This document shows, piece after piece, positions 14,162 through 28,050 of a DNA stretch of 64,000 nucleotides. This stretch comes from Octopus vulgaris (Eukaryota). Positions within the stretch are counted from its first letter, which is position 1; every line of letters begins with the position of its first letter. The stretch covers positions 96,224,001 to 96,288,000 of the forward strand of contig OX597818.1 in NCBI GenBank assembly GCA_951406725.2. The letters are read 5' to 3'. The notes under the pieces are model-generated. The model did not search any database, was not told where the DNA came from, and saw only the letters and a program-made list of their open reading frames with translations. Both the position numbers and the translations under genes were made by a program.

Positions 14162-14165
<4 letters not shown>
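13529..14165. mobile_element. Fold-back element 2 with a hammerhead-like fold in each arm
   Basis: Arms at about 13529-13770 and 13772-14009, 1-nt centre at 13771, tail 14010-14165, (TA)n on both sides. Confidence 0.75.
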
Positions 14166-14239
<74 letters not shown>

Positions 14240-14734
14240 GTGTGTGTGTATGTGTGTGTGTGTGTGTGTGTATTTGTGTGTCTGTGTTTGTCCCCTCCTC
14301 CATTGCTCGACAACTGATGTTGGTGTGTTTATGTCCCCTATAACTTAGCAGGTTGGCAAAAGAGACTGACAGAATAAATACTAGGCTTACAAAGAATAAG
14401 TCCTGGGTTCAACTTGTTCTACTAAAGGTGGTGCTCCAGCATGGCCATGGTCAAATGACTGAAACAAGTAAAAGAATAAAAGAATGAAAAAATTAGTGAA
14501 CTAAGATTTTACTCCAGTTATTGTATGATATTATAGGGACAGATATTAAGTAGGGGAAAATTTAGCAGAATCATTAAAGGGGTTGCATAAAGTATCTTTT
14601 GATATTTCTTCTAGCTCTCTTAAAGGAGTGATCTGGCAGAATTGTTAGCACACTAGGCAAAATGTTGAGCAGCATTTTGTTCACCTTTACGCTCTGATGT
14701 ATACATATTTATGTGTGTGTGTGTATATATATAT

Positions 14735-14893
14735 AGGCGCAGGAGTGACTGTGGTAAGTAACTTCCTACCCAACCACGTGGTTCAGGGTTTAGTCCCACT
14801 GTGTACCACCTTCAGCAAGTGTCTTCTACTATAACCTAGGGTGCCCAAAGCTTTGTGAGTATATTTGGTAGACAGAAACTGAAAGAAGCCCAT

Positions 14894-14958
<65 letters not shown>

Positions 14959-15170
14959 TTGTATGTCTGTGTTTGTCCCCTCAACATCACTTGACAACCG
15001 ATGCTGGTTTATTTATATCCTCTGTAACTTAGCGGTTTGGCAAGAGAGACCAACAGAGTAAGTAATAGGCTTACAAAGAATAAGTCCTGGGGTTGATTTG
15101 CTCAACTAAAAGCGGTGCTCCAGCATGCCCACAGTCAAAATGACTGAAACAAGTAACAGAATAGAAGAGA
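14735..15170 (+). mobile_element. SINE family A, full copy, CpG-decayed
   Basis: ggcgcaggagtgactgtggtaag head, central (TG)n, gaaacaagtaa tail. Confidence 0.9.
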
Positions 15171-15558
15171 AAAAGAATATATATACACACACACATATAC
15201 ATATATATGTATATATGTGTATGTGTGTGTGTGTATTGAGGGAGTATAAGACAGAAGAGTATGATTTGATAATGTTGCCCTTTTTCCTGTCAGCTAATTG
15301 TGGGACCAGGCTTTGACAATTACATTGACTCCAGTGCTTAACTGGTACTTTATTTTATTGATTGTAAAGGGTCAGAATGTAAAGTAGCAGAAGAAAGAGC
15401 ATGAAGCATTTTGTTCAAGATGCTAATGATTTTACCAGCTCGTTATCTTAATAGTAGCAACAACAACAATAACAATTACATTAATCATCATCATCATCAT
15501 TTTGCGCCTGCTTTCCATGCTGGCAAAGGTTAGATGGTTGACTAAAACCGGTAAACTA

Positions 15559-16381
15559 CAGTGATCCCTCACTACTTTGTGGGTTCAACTATCACGTATT
15601 CACGACTTCACAGATTTTTAAGATATATATATATGTGAACACCTAAACTTTTTTTTATTAAATCCATTAAAATATTGATAATAAATATTATTTCCTAGTC
15701 TAGGAACAACAAAACAAGTGTAAAATAGCAAAAAAGCATACACAAGGGTATTTGAACTTAAGAGAGGCTGTGATTGGTACAATAGAGGGAGACGATGAAT
15801 CACAGCTTTCTATTTTGTAATCTGGCCTGTGATTGGTGCTTTGACCGATGCTCAGATCCGCAGCATCTTCTCTTGTCTCTCTCTTGCAGCCATTTCACTT
15901 CAAGCTTTCTCACCGAGTGGTTTACTGTACTACTTTACACTGTGCTGTGTGTGATTTTTTTTTGTTTTGTTTCTTTGCATTGAACTTTGCGTTTCGGAAG
16001 AAGTGGAAGAGGTGTTCCAGGAAAGGGCACCACTGTCAGCTTCATCATCATCATCTCTACTGCGCAGCAAATTTATCACCATCATCATTCAAATTTTACT
16101 TCAACTTCTTTCGTGTTGAGTACAGTAACAATCTTTATTTTTTTAATCTAAAGTGTTATTGCTTAACAGTTGTCCTTGTTATTTATAGACTACTGTAATG
16201 GGTGGGTTGTTAACAGTACAGGGAGGGTTTTAAAAGCCCAAATACACGTTAAATAAATACTGTAAATATGGTGTCCCTACTTTGAGGTAATTCAGTTATC
16301 GCGGGTGTCCCTACTTTGCAGAAATTTAGTTATCGTGGCCAGTCTCAGAACCAATCTACCACGATAATCGAGGGATCACTG
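15559..16381. mobile_element. Non-autonomous pogo/Tigger-like DNA transposon
   Basis: TIRs cagtgatccctc / gagggatcactg, TA on both sides; interrupts a family C element. Confidence 0.8.
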
Positions 16382-16799
16382 TATAGGTTTCAATCTGATT
16401 TGGCATGGTTTCTATAGTTGGATGCCCTTCTTAATGCCAACCACTCAAAGGGTATAATGGGTACTTTTTACGTGCCAGTGGCATGAGTATCAGCTATGTG
16501 ACACTGGCATTGGCCACACCTATGATTTCACTTGGCTTTATGGGTCTTCTCAAGCACAGCATATCGCCAAAGGTCTCAGTCAATTATCATTGCCTCTGTG
16601 AAGCCCAATGTTTGAAGGGTGCCTTTTACATGTCACTGGCACAGGTATCAGTCACATGACACTGATATCAGCCATGACTATGACTTCACTTGACTTGATG
16701 GGTCCTCTCAAGTACAGCATTTCACCAAAAGTCTTGGTCACTAGTCATTGACTCTGTAAGGCCCAATGTTCAAAGAACATGCTTCTCCAATTTGTCTTA

Positions 16800-17205
16800 T
16801 GGCTTCCTGGGTCTGGCTTCTGTGCCGGTGGCATGTAAAAAGCACCATTGGAGCGTGATCGTTACCAATGTTGCCTTACTGGCACTTGTGCCGTTGGCAC
16901 GTGAAAAAACACTCGAGCGAGGTCTTTGCCAGTGCCGCTGGACTAGCTCCTGTGCAGGTGGCATGTAAAAAACACCATTTGAGTGTGGCCATTGCCAGTA
17001 CTGCCTGACTGGCCTTCGTGCCGGTGGCACATAAAATCACCCACTACACTCTCGGAGTGGTTGGTGTTAGGAAGGGCATCCAGCTGTAGAAACTCTGCCA
17101 GATCAAGATTGGAGCCTGGTGCAGCCATCTGGTTTACTAGTCCTCAGTCAAACCGTCCAACCCATGCTAGCATGGAAAGTGGGCATTAAATGATGATGAT
17201 GATGA
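16800..17205 (+). mobile_element. SINE family C with internal ~60-bp minisatellite, ggaagggcatccagctgtagaaa domain and (gat)n tail
   Basis: Matching copies at 23345-23710 (+), 26700-27086 (+), 45965-46275 (-) and 21505-21655 (-). Confidence 0.8.
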
Positions 17206-17574
17206 CAGGTTCCCTCCTTGGTTAGAGATCAGCACTTCATTAAACAGCTGTCCTTGTCCATATGCATCACATGTCTAAACCAGTCATCTCTCTTGCACAC
17301 TGCATCAGATGCCTCTTATGTTCAACTTTTCTCTCAAGATGCTTACAGTCTGTCGTATATGCACATAATGATAATAATAATCCTTTCTACTATAGGCACA
17401 AGGCCTGGAATTTTGGGGAAGGGGATGGTCAATCATATCGACCTCATTTATCAACCACGAAAGGATGAAAGGCAAAGTCAGCCAAGGCAGAATTTAAACT
17501 CAGAATGTAAGAAAGGATGAAATGCCGCTAAGCATTTTACCCAATGTGCTTATGATTCTGCCAGCTTGCTGCCT

Positions 17575-17635
<61 letters not shown>

Positions 17636-17886
17636 TAAAAATAATAATAATAATGATAATAATAATAATTTTTCTACTATAGGCACAAGGCCTCAAATTT
17701 TGCAGGAGATGAACCTCTGTGCTTGACTGGTAGTTATTTTATTGACCCCAGAGGGATGAAAAGCGAAGTAAACCTTGTTGGCAGATTATGAATTCAGTAA
17801 GCATTGTGTCTGGTGTGGTAACAATTCTGCAAGCTCATTGCCTTTAATAATGATAATAATAATAATAATAAAAATAATAATAATAT

Positions 17887-18265
17887 CAGAAAATATAAAG
17901 ACCTACTCATTGAAATTGAGAAAATGTGGCATCTCAAGGCGGTTACAATACCAGTGATTGTAGGAGCACTAGGAATGATCAAGAAGGGAACTGAAAATTA
18001 TATGAGAATGATCCCTGGCTTACCATCCCTGCAAGAAGTGCAAAAGATTGCCTTAACTGGTACATCACATGTATTGAGAAGAGCATTGTCGATGTGAGAA
18101 CTGTTGCTGCTCATGTATTTTAATTTAACTTAGAAAAAAAAAAAAATGAACGAACTATTGAGTTTGGTTTAATGGCCTACCAATGTATACTATGAGTTTC
18201 TTTGCCCTAGGAGTCGGGAAGACACTCGGCAAGAAATGGAAGCAAATTTGAAAGAAAAAAAAAAA
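17887..18265 (+). mobile_element. R4/Dong-like LINE 3' fragment in (AAT)n
   Basis: KYKDLLIEIEKMWHLKAVTIPVIVGALGMIKKG..LQEVQKIALTGTSHVLRRALSM*; (AAT)n on both sides. Confidence 0.8.
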
Positions 18266-18529
18266 AGTAATAATAATAATAATGGTTTCAAATTTTGCCA
18301 CAAGGGCAGGAATTTTAGGAGAGGGGATGAGTCGATTACATCAATCCCAGTGTTCCACTGGTACTTATCTTATTGACTACGAAGGGATGAAAGGCAAAGT
18401 ACCTTGGTGGCATTTGGACTCAGAATGTAAAGAAAGACAGAATACTGCAAAGCTTTTTGCCTGGCATTCTAACAATTCTGCAACTCATTACCTTTTATAA
18501 TGTTCATGACAATAATAATAATAATAATA

Positions 18530-19054
18530 AAAAACTGACAGAAAGATAGATGCAAATAGGCCAGACATTATATTGAAAGACTTCAGACAAAAATCATGCC
18601 CATCTCATTGATATGACTGTCCCAATCGATATAAAAGCATCTGTCAAGATCTACCAAAAACTGAGCAAGTATAAAGATCTTGAAATAGAAATTGGCAAAA
18701 TGTGGAACCTCAAGACTAAAACAATACCTGTTGTCATAGGAGGAATGATAGCAAAAGGGGCTGATTCCTACTTAACTCAGACACCAGGAAACCTCAAAAT
18801 GGCAGAAATTCAAAAGATAGTGGTCATGGGAACTGCCCATATCCTATGTAAAATACTGTCTATGTAATCTCAAATTTTAAAACAAACTCATAATTTCCTT
18901 ATCTTTTCTTAAACATTCTCTAGAACAATACTATGTACAAAACCAAATATATGGCACCCTAGGCATAACACCAACACAAACTTCTAACTTGTCTCTTGAG
19001 ATCTCTGGGTGAGACTTGGAGCCAACTTGTACAAATACAACGTAACAGTCAAAC

Positions 19055-19058
<4 letters not shown>
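18530..19058 (+). mobile_element. R4/Dong-like LINE 3' fragment with restriction-like endonuclease domain
   Basis: TDRKIDANRPDIILKD.. then MTVPID..KLSKYKDLEIEIGKMWNLKTKTIPVVIG..IQKIVVMGTAHIL; (AAT)n on both sides. Confidence 0.85.
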
Positions 19059-19120
<62 letters not shown>

Positions 19121-19123
<3 letters not shown>

Positions 19124-19690
19124 CCTGATGCAGTACCTTTACTGCCCTGATGCAGTACGAGGCAGTGGCTCTTGTGGCTTCTGATCTTAACTGATTGGAA
19201 GTGTTATCATGTACATTGTTTTATCTTGGTGTAAAAGATGGGCTACAGCAAATATTCTGCTCAATACCACAGATTTGTTTGTCAGTTGTTTGACCTTAAC
19301 CAGTTGGGCATGTCTCTTAGTGGCTGGCGATATGTGCATCTCTGATCATGAGCAGAAGTAGTGGGGGGAGCATCATAGCCATGTGTTGAGAGGGATTCTT
19401 TGGGATTTGAATAATTCATCTCTGGAAATATGGGTATTTTGTTCAACATCATTAAACAACCCTTATTCAGGGACCTTTCGATCGGGATGGGTTACTTGAC
19501 CAGAAGAAAATTCTAACTGGGCCCCAACTGCAAGGTCACGTGCTGATTATCTTGATATGAGATTACTCACAGATGGTTGTGATGCATGTGCCTAGTGTAC
19601 CCTTATCAGACGGGTAGTCATGATGGGTATACTGGGCTTCGTATATTTTATCCCAGTGTCACTTTGATGGCATACACTGCTCTCTCACTC
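19121..19690. mobile_element. Unclassified insertion bounded by (AAT)n arrays
   Basis: Non-simple 570-bp block between two (AAT)n arrays; short terminal duplication ccctgatgcagtac x2. Confidence 0.45.
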
Positions 19691-19807
<117 letters not shown>

Positions 19808-20126
19808 CAATAAATATAACCCAGGATGTCTAACACAGAATGCTATTGTTTCCATCATGCATCATTTGTGAAGAATGTAACTATTGATTTGACTAAAACA
19901 ACACAATATATACTCATCTGTGGTGTACTTTTGAATCTTGAGTTGGTCTTACATTACTAATGTGTTTTATACAGTATATAACATACAGTGCAACAATATA
20001 GGGTTTATTAGTGTGAACTACTTATATTATTCTACTAGTGTTACACAGCTGCATGGATTGAATTCTTGATAGTCAAGTGATAAGTCCAATGACACAGTAC
20101 AATGATATTCACAGGATATGAGTTAC

Positions 20127-20155
20127 CAGCCCATCCCTTTCCTTGTTGACTTGTT
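20127..20155 (-). other. Candidate 29-nt host micro-exon
   Basis: ttgtattattcacag|AACAAGTCAACAAGGAAAGGGATGGGCTG|gtaact; purine-rich and open in all three frames. Confidence 0.25.
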
Positions 20156-20473
20156 CTGTGAATAATACAACAGCTAGAACAATATGCACACATACATACA
20201 CACACACACACATACAAAGAAAAATATTAACACATATATATATATATGTACATACAAAATGCATAATTAGCAATGATGTTGTTTAGCCCAAGGTCAGTCC
20301 TAATCAAGCTGACCTAGTTACAAATGTATTCTAGTTGAGTCCATTTTGTCTTTATACAGAATACATGTGTATATAAGGACATTATCGAATGTGTCTTCTC
20401 CTTATTTAAAATAGTAGGATGTGATTTGAGAACGATTTGGCTGTTATTCCTCACAGGATAAGGAACCAAGCTG

Positions 20474-20585
20474 TTGAATGTCGGGACGGAGTCCTGCTCT
20501 GGCATCTTGTCAATAATCAAAGCATTTTTTGATTGCCTCGATAATTGATGAGATGCCAGAGCAGGTTTCCGCCCCTGACATACAA
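20474..20585. repeat. Imperfect ~110-nt inverted repeat (hairpin)
   Basis: tgtcgggacggagtcctgctctggcatcttgtcaat pairs with attgatgagatgccagagcaggtttccgcccctgaca. Confidence 0.8.
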
Positions 20586-20673
20586 AACTCAGAGTCTTAT
20601 TATGGCAACCAAATAATTATCATATTATATTACAGATATATATGAATTATATATATATATGTATATATATATG

Positions 20674-20756
<83 letters not shown>

Positions 20757-20757
<1 letters not shown>

Positions 20758-21158
20758 CTCTTACTCTTTTACTCTTTTACTTGTTTCAGTCATTTGACTG
20801 CAGCCATGCTGGAGCACCGCCTTTAGTTGAGCAAATCGACCCTGGGACTTATTCTTTGTAAGCCCAGCACTTATTCTATCGGTCTCTTTTGCCGAACCGC
20901 TAAGTGACGGGGACGTAAACACACCAGCATTGGTTGTCAAGCAATGTTAGAGGGACAAACACAGACACACATACATACATATATATACATATATACGACA
21001 GGCTTCTTTCAGTTTCCGTCTACCAAATCCACTCACAAGGCATTGGTCGGCCTGGAGCTATAGCAGAAGACACTTGCCCAAGATACCACGCAGTGGGACT
21101 GAACTCAGAACCATGTGGTTGGTTAGCAAGCTACTTACCACACAGCCACTCCTGCGCC
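20757..21158 (-). mobile_element. SINE family A, full copy
   Basis: Complete from head to (gtaaaaga)n tail, embedded in (TA)n. Confidence 0.9.
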
Positions 21159-21239
21159 TATATATATATATATATATATATATACATGCATACATACATG
21201 CATACATTTATATATATATATATATATATATATACATAC

Positions 21240-21274
<35 letters not shown>

Positions 21275-21305
21275 AATACATGCATACATATACCTACATA
21301 CACAT

Positions 21306-21374
<69 letters not shown>

Positions 21375-21397
21375 AACATATATATACGTATATATAC

Positions 21398-21428
<31 letters not shown>

Positions 21429-21448
21429 TGTGTATATATTGATGTATA

Positions 21449-21483
<35 letters not shown>

Positions 21484-21720
21484 GTATATATATGAATATA
21501 TATATCATCATCATCATCATCATCATCATCGTTTAGCGTCCGCTTTCCATGCTAGCATGGGTTGGATGGTTCTATGGGGTCTGTGAAGCCTGAAGGCTTC
21601 ATCAGGCCCAGTCAAATCTGGCAGTGTTTCTACAGCTGGATGCTCTTCCTAACGCCATATGTATGTATATATTTATGTATATATATATATATACATACAA
21701 ACATAATTCACACACACATG

Positions 21721-21804
<84 letters not shown>

Positions 21805-21905
21805 CACAAATACATATATACTTACATGTGTATATTAATATATGTATATATCTATATGTAAATATGTGTATATGTGTATGTATGTGTGTGTGTGTATATA
21901 TTTTT

Positions 21906-21944
<39 letters not shown>

Positions 21945-22055
21945 TATATTTTTTTAGTACATGGCAACAGTGGAGCGACTGAAGCAAGAGACGCATACAC
22001 ATATGTGCGTGCACATACACACACACAAACACACAGACACACACGCAGACACACG

Positions 22056-22120
<65 letters not shown>

Positions 22121-22336
22121 ACACACCATGTGTGCAGAGTCTGATAACCAGGTAGCAGATGTGTGATAGAAACTTTAACATAGTTAACAATAATATTAAG
22201 AAATAACAAAAAGTGAATATAACGTATCTTCAATGTTCTAATAATTTAATTGTTTTTGATTGAACACATAGACTTACATGATGTCACCTGCCAAGCAACT
22301 ACAACTCTAATATGTATATATATAGATATATGTATG

Positions 22337-22428
<92 letters not shown>

Positions 22429-22464
22429 TACATATATATATATCTATGCTTATCTGTCTGCCTG

Positions 22465-22557
<93 letters not shown>

Positions 22558-23344
22558 TTATCTATCTATCTGTGTGTGTGTGTGTGTACGTTTGTGTGTG
22601 TGCGTGTGTGTGTGTATTTGTGTGTAAATGTATGTATTTGTGTGAGACTAGAATGCTGAAGTGGACCATTTGCTTTTTTGTATACTCACACATGCACACA
22701 CACACACAAACACACACACACGCACATAAATATTTATATATTATATATTTATACAAATATTTATATATACATGCTTATATAAACAAATATACATACATAC
22801 ACACACACACACAGACACACACGCACACATATACACACATATACACACACACTTTGTATGAATATATATATAATGGTAAAAAAAGGCAATGTGCCTCATA
22901 TATACAATCACACAAACACACAAACACCCACTCACACACACATGCATGCACCCAAAGGCTAAATTCCCCCCTCTCCCTCCGTCATACTGAAATTTGGGTC
23001 AAGATTTAGACAGCTTTCAATGGAAATCCCAATATATTCATTCATGTGTATATTCATGTTCATGTACGCTGGTTGTTTTTCACTGGATAATTTTATTTCA
23101 TGTTTATTTGAAAAACAACCTACATTATTATTACCATATGACATTCAGTTTCTCTCCTTAGTACTTCAATCATGTCACCTTTCTAATCGTTATTGAAAAT
23201 GTTTTCTAAGGTATACAGTCAGTCACCAACACTAATTCAGTTTTTACACTTGTATATTTGTTGTAAAATATACATTTTTGGAACAACCTCTCACTATGTT
23301 ATTCTTAACCATTATCAGTATTATTATATGAATATATATTTACT

Positions 23345-23710
23345 GTGCTGGTGGCATGTAAAAGGCACCATTCGAGCATGATCATTGCCAGCGTTGCTGG
23401 TGGCATATAAAAAGCACCATTTGAGCGTGATCGTTACCAGCATCGCCTTACTGGCTCCTGTACAAGTGGCATGTAAAAAACACCATTTGAGTGTGGCTGT
23501 TGCCAGTACCATCCGACTGGCCCTTGTGCCATTGGCATGTAAAAGCACCCACTACACTCTAGGAGTGGTTGGCGTTAGGAAGGGCATCCAGCTGTAGAAA
23601 CTCTGCCAGATCAAGATTGGAGCCTGGTGCAGCCATCTTGTTCACCAGTCCTCAATCAAATCGTCTAACCCATGCTAGTATCGAAAGCAGACGTTAAACG
23701 ATAATGATGA
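23345..23710 (+). mobile_element. SINE family C
   Basis: Same minisatellite, central domain and (gat)n tail as 16800-17205. Confidence 0.8.
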
Positions 23711-23721
23711 CAAAAACACAT

Positions 23722-23770
<49 letters not shown>

Positions 23771-23827
23771 TACACATACACATCTAGAAATATATACCTA
23801 CATATATATCCTCACCATCGTCTTCAC

Positions 23828-23870
<43 letters not shown>

Positions 23871-24718
23871 TTCATTTAACATCTGCCTTCTATGGGTTGG
23901 ACAATTTGAAAGGAGCTGGTTAGGCAGGAACCTGCATCAGACTTCTGTGTCTGTTTTGGCATGTTTTTTTACAGCTGGATACCCTTCCTAACACCAACCA
24001 CCCAGCAGGGTTGACAGAGTACTTTTTATGTGGCACAGGCACAGGCGAGGTCAGTTTTGGCATAGCTTTTACAGCTGTGTGCCTTTCTAAATGCCAAACA
24101 CTTTACAGTATGGACTGGATGCTTTTTGTATGACACCAAACACTGGCAGGGTCACCAAAAGACCTGTCAGACAAAGATCCTTTGAGAGAGGAGAGTGGGG
24201 TATTGCAGGAAGAAGATAGAGATTCTTTGAGAGGAGAGGGGGTACTGGAAGAGGTGATCTTGTGTGAAATGATGAAAAATGAAAGGTTATAAAACAATTG
24301 CAAAGGACACTGGTACATCTTCAAATTTTCCTTTTAATTTTTCCAGTTAATTATAGAGCATAGTTGATAAACACGACTGACAGATGTTTCTGCTGCATAG
24401 AGAGAATGTGAATTGTATATGCAGCCTGCTAGTTTCTGCTTTGTGCCTTCATTCAGGGTCTTTCTGCCAATGTGGTTTCGAGTGAATATTGTAATAGGAC
24501 TTTTCTACTATTGGCACAAGGCCTGAAATCTTGGGGGCAGAGGCTAGTTGATTATATAGAACTATAGGAATCAGCTGGTACCTCTTTTATTTCATTGCTT
24601 TCAGTCAGCCTTGGCAAAATTTGAACTTAGTATGCAAAAGCGGGTGATATTGTGTGAAGCATTTTGTCTGGCATGCTAAAGATTCTGCTACATAGCCTTA
24701 AATATATTTGTATATATT

Positions 24719-24801
<83 letters not shown>

Positions 24802-24816
24802 TTATTATATAGAAGG

Positions 24817-24867
24817 AGCTTCTACAGGACTAGAACTGTTTCATTCAAGAGAAATCTTCAGGAAGCT
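24817..24867 (-). ncRNA. Type I hammerhead ribozyme with intact core
   Basis: Minus strand AGCUUC-CUGAAGA-U-UUC-UCUU-GAA-U-GAA-ACAG-UUCUAGUC-CUGU-A-GAAGCU; 6-bp stem I, 4-bp stem III, GUA cleavage triplet. Confidence 0.75.
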
Positions 24868-25915
24868 AGTTAACAAGAATTGTATTGGCATTTATACATT
24901 TAGGCAGGTTTAAAGGGGTGGTGGTGGGGGACTTTTTTGGGGGTAGGCATAGCGCAAAATATCATACTTGGGGGAGTGGTCAAGGAGTCAGTGGTAAATT
25001 AGATAAAAGAATGAATAAAAGAATTAAAAAATAATAAAATAAAAAAATAAAAAAATATATATAAAAAAGAATAGAGTTTTAGGTAAATAAGGGGATTCTC
25101 ACTTATACCTATACACATATGTATACATATATACACACACACACACACATATATACATACACACATACATTCACACACACACATATACATATATATACAC
25201 ATACACATACATACACATATCTACACATACACATACATATATATATATATCTATATATATATATATATACATATACATACACACACACACATGCCTACAC
25301 ATATACACACATGTATATACACACATACATATACACACAGAAAAATATATATACATACACACACATACACATACACGCATACACACACATATCCACATGC
25401 ACACATGCACACACAACACCACACACAACACACAAGTCCCTATATACACATATATACACATACACACATATATATACATATATATACATATATATATATA
25501 TACATATGTGTACCTATACATACCTACACATACACACATATATATACATACAAAAACAGACCCATTCCCTAATTTTAATTTTATTATCTTCATTTATTAC
25601 TTTTGTTATCTTTGACCGCTGGTCACAAGCATCTTGGCTATGACATCAAGTCCATTAATCTTTCTACTTGAAAACAAGCACTCATTCACGCACGCACACT
25701 CACTCATTCGTACACTCATACACATACACGCACGCACGCGTTATATTCATACATACATACATCTACATACATTCACGTATATACACATACGTACGCGTAC
25801 CTACAGATTCATGTCTACACTCTTAGAAGGCTAGTCTATACATATACACCAATAAATATATATACACACATACATATACACCTACATACAAATACATACA
25901 TATATATATATATAT

Positions 25916-25960
<45 letters not shown>

Positions 25961-26151
25961 TATATACATATACACATACATACATACATATACACACATA
26001 CACATACATACGTATACATACATACATACATCCATACATCCATACATACATACATATATACACATACACACACACCCACACGTATACATATACATACATA
26101 TATATACGCGCATGCATACACATACAAATACATACACATACACATATACAT

Positions 26152-26188
<37 letters not shown>

Positions 26189-26473
26189 CATACACATACA
26201 TACATATACATACATACATATACAAATATACGCACACACATACATACACATATACACATACACGCACATACACATGTACATGCGTACCCATACACACACA
26301 CACACGCGCGCATCCATATATACACATAAGTACACACATGCGTAAAAGTATACATATATCTATGCTTACACATACACACACACACACGCGCCTCCTTATA
26401 TTCATACTTACATGCATACTCAAAAAATAAATAATAAAATATATATACGCGCAGTTATTCATACATGCATACT

Positions 26474-26510
<37 letters not shown>

Positions 26511-26551
26511 ATGAGGGTAAATATATACATATAAATATATATATATTTATT

Positions 26552-26639
<88 letters not shown>

Positions 26640-26699
26640 TACATACATACATACATACATACATACATACATACATACATACATACATACACATAATCA

Positions 26700-27086
26700 T
26701 TGCCAGGGCTCCAAGCACCAGTTGAGCATGATCGTTGCCAGCACCACCTTACCGGCACATGTGCCGGTGGAACTTGAAAAGCAACATTCTTGTGTGGTCG
26801 TTGTCAGTGCTGCCAAACTGGCTTCCATGCAGGCAGCACGTAAAAGAAACCTTGTGAGCAGGGTCATTGCCAGAACTGCCTGACTGACCCTTGTGCCGGC
26901 AGCATGTAAAAGCAGCCACTACACTCTTGTAGTGGTTGGTGTTAGGAAGGGCATCCAACTGTAGAAACTTTGCCAGATCAGACTGGAGCCTGGTGCAGCC
27001 TTCTGGTTTGCCCATCTTCAGTTAAACCGTCCAACCCATGCCAGCATGGAAAGTGGACGTTAAACGACGATGACGATGATGATGAT
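26700..27086 (+). mobile_element. SINE family C
   Basis: Same structure as 16800-17205. Confidence 0.8.
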
Positions 27087-27588
27087 ATCTATCTATATAT
27101 AAAATCAAAATAAGCAACGGATGTCAAGTAGTAATGCAGTACAATTGTTTCAAGTGGCTCCGTTTAATTGTTCAGTTAAATGGAGCTCCTTGAAGGTAGA
27201 TAGATTAATATTACTCACTCCATAATACTCAATTCTTGATTACTTTGATTTTATTCCCTTACTCCAAGCTGTGCAAACAATACTGGACTGACTTAGTACT
27301 TTCAACTTAAGTCCCTAATACTTATATATATACATATATAATTTAGTGACAGACCACTATTTAGTTATTCCATCAATAGTGAGAAGATATTATGTATAAT
27401 AACGATATAGAAATTAATTTAATACATTATAATTATTATTCAGAAAATCACATAACAAATCAAACATTAAATTGACTACATGCATTTCATGACCAAATAT
27501 ATAAATCGATAATATTTAAAATTTAATTAAAAAAAAATTAAAATTCAATATTAATTCAATTTAAAAATATTTAGCCAATTTAGATACT

Positions 27589-27638
<50 letters not shown>

Positions 27639-27736
27639 CAAAACTTTAACAAAAACACAACAAACGGAAAATTTTACAAAAACATAAACAGGAAAATTCG
27701 TAGCTAATTCTGCATCAGTCAACATTCAAAAGATCA

Positions 27737-27883
27737 TTACAATTTTGCACCTTTAATGTTGATATTCTTCACTTTTGGTAGTGCCAGTGGCAAAAAGCCA
27801 CTGAGAATAACTAACAAATGTACAGGACAATGACAGAAACACAGCAAAATAAAACTTATATATACAACATAAATGCTGTGTGG
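27737..27883 (-). other. Candidate host terminal exon
   Basis: Acceptor ttttcctttttgttactctacatctttcttgcag, then 48 open codons PHSIYVVYISFILLCFCHCPVHLLVILSGFLPLALPKVKNINIKGAKL*; second possible acceptor at 27801. Confidence 0.25.
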
Positions 27884-27933
27884 CTGCAAGAAAGATGTAG
27901 AGTAACAAAAAGGAAAATAAAAATGTCCTGTAG

Positions 27934-27990
<57 letters not shown>

Positions 27991-27997
27991 CTCATAT

Positions 27998-28047
<50 letters not shown>

Positions 28048-28050
<3 letters not shown>

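Larger units (their letters stand above)
12961..14485 (+). mobile_element. SINE family A split at its central microsatellite by two fold-back insertions
   Basis: 5' half at 12961-13118 and 3' half at about 14275-14485, collinear with intact copies. Confidence 0.8.

Noticed and set aside
16820-17040. CRISPR-like repeat-spacer pattern (tggcatgtaaaaagcacc units)
   Set aside because: Eukaryotic context, the spacers resemble each other, no cas genes; it is the internal minisatellite of SINE family C.
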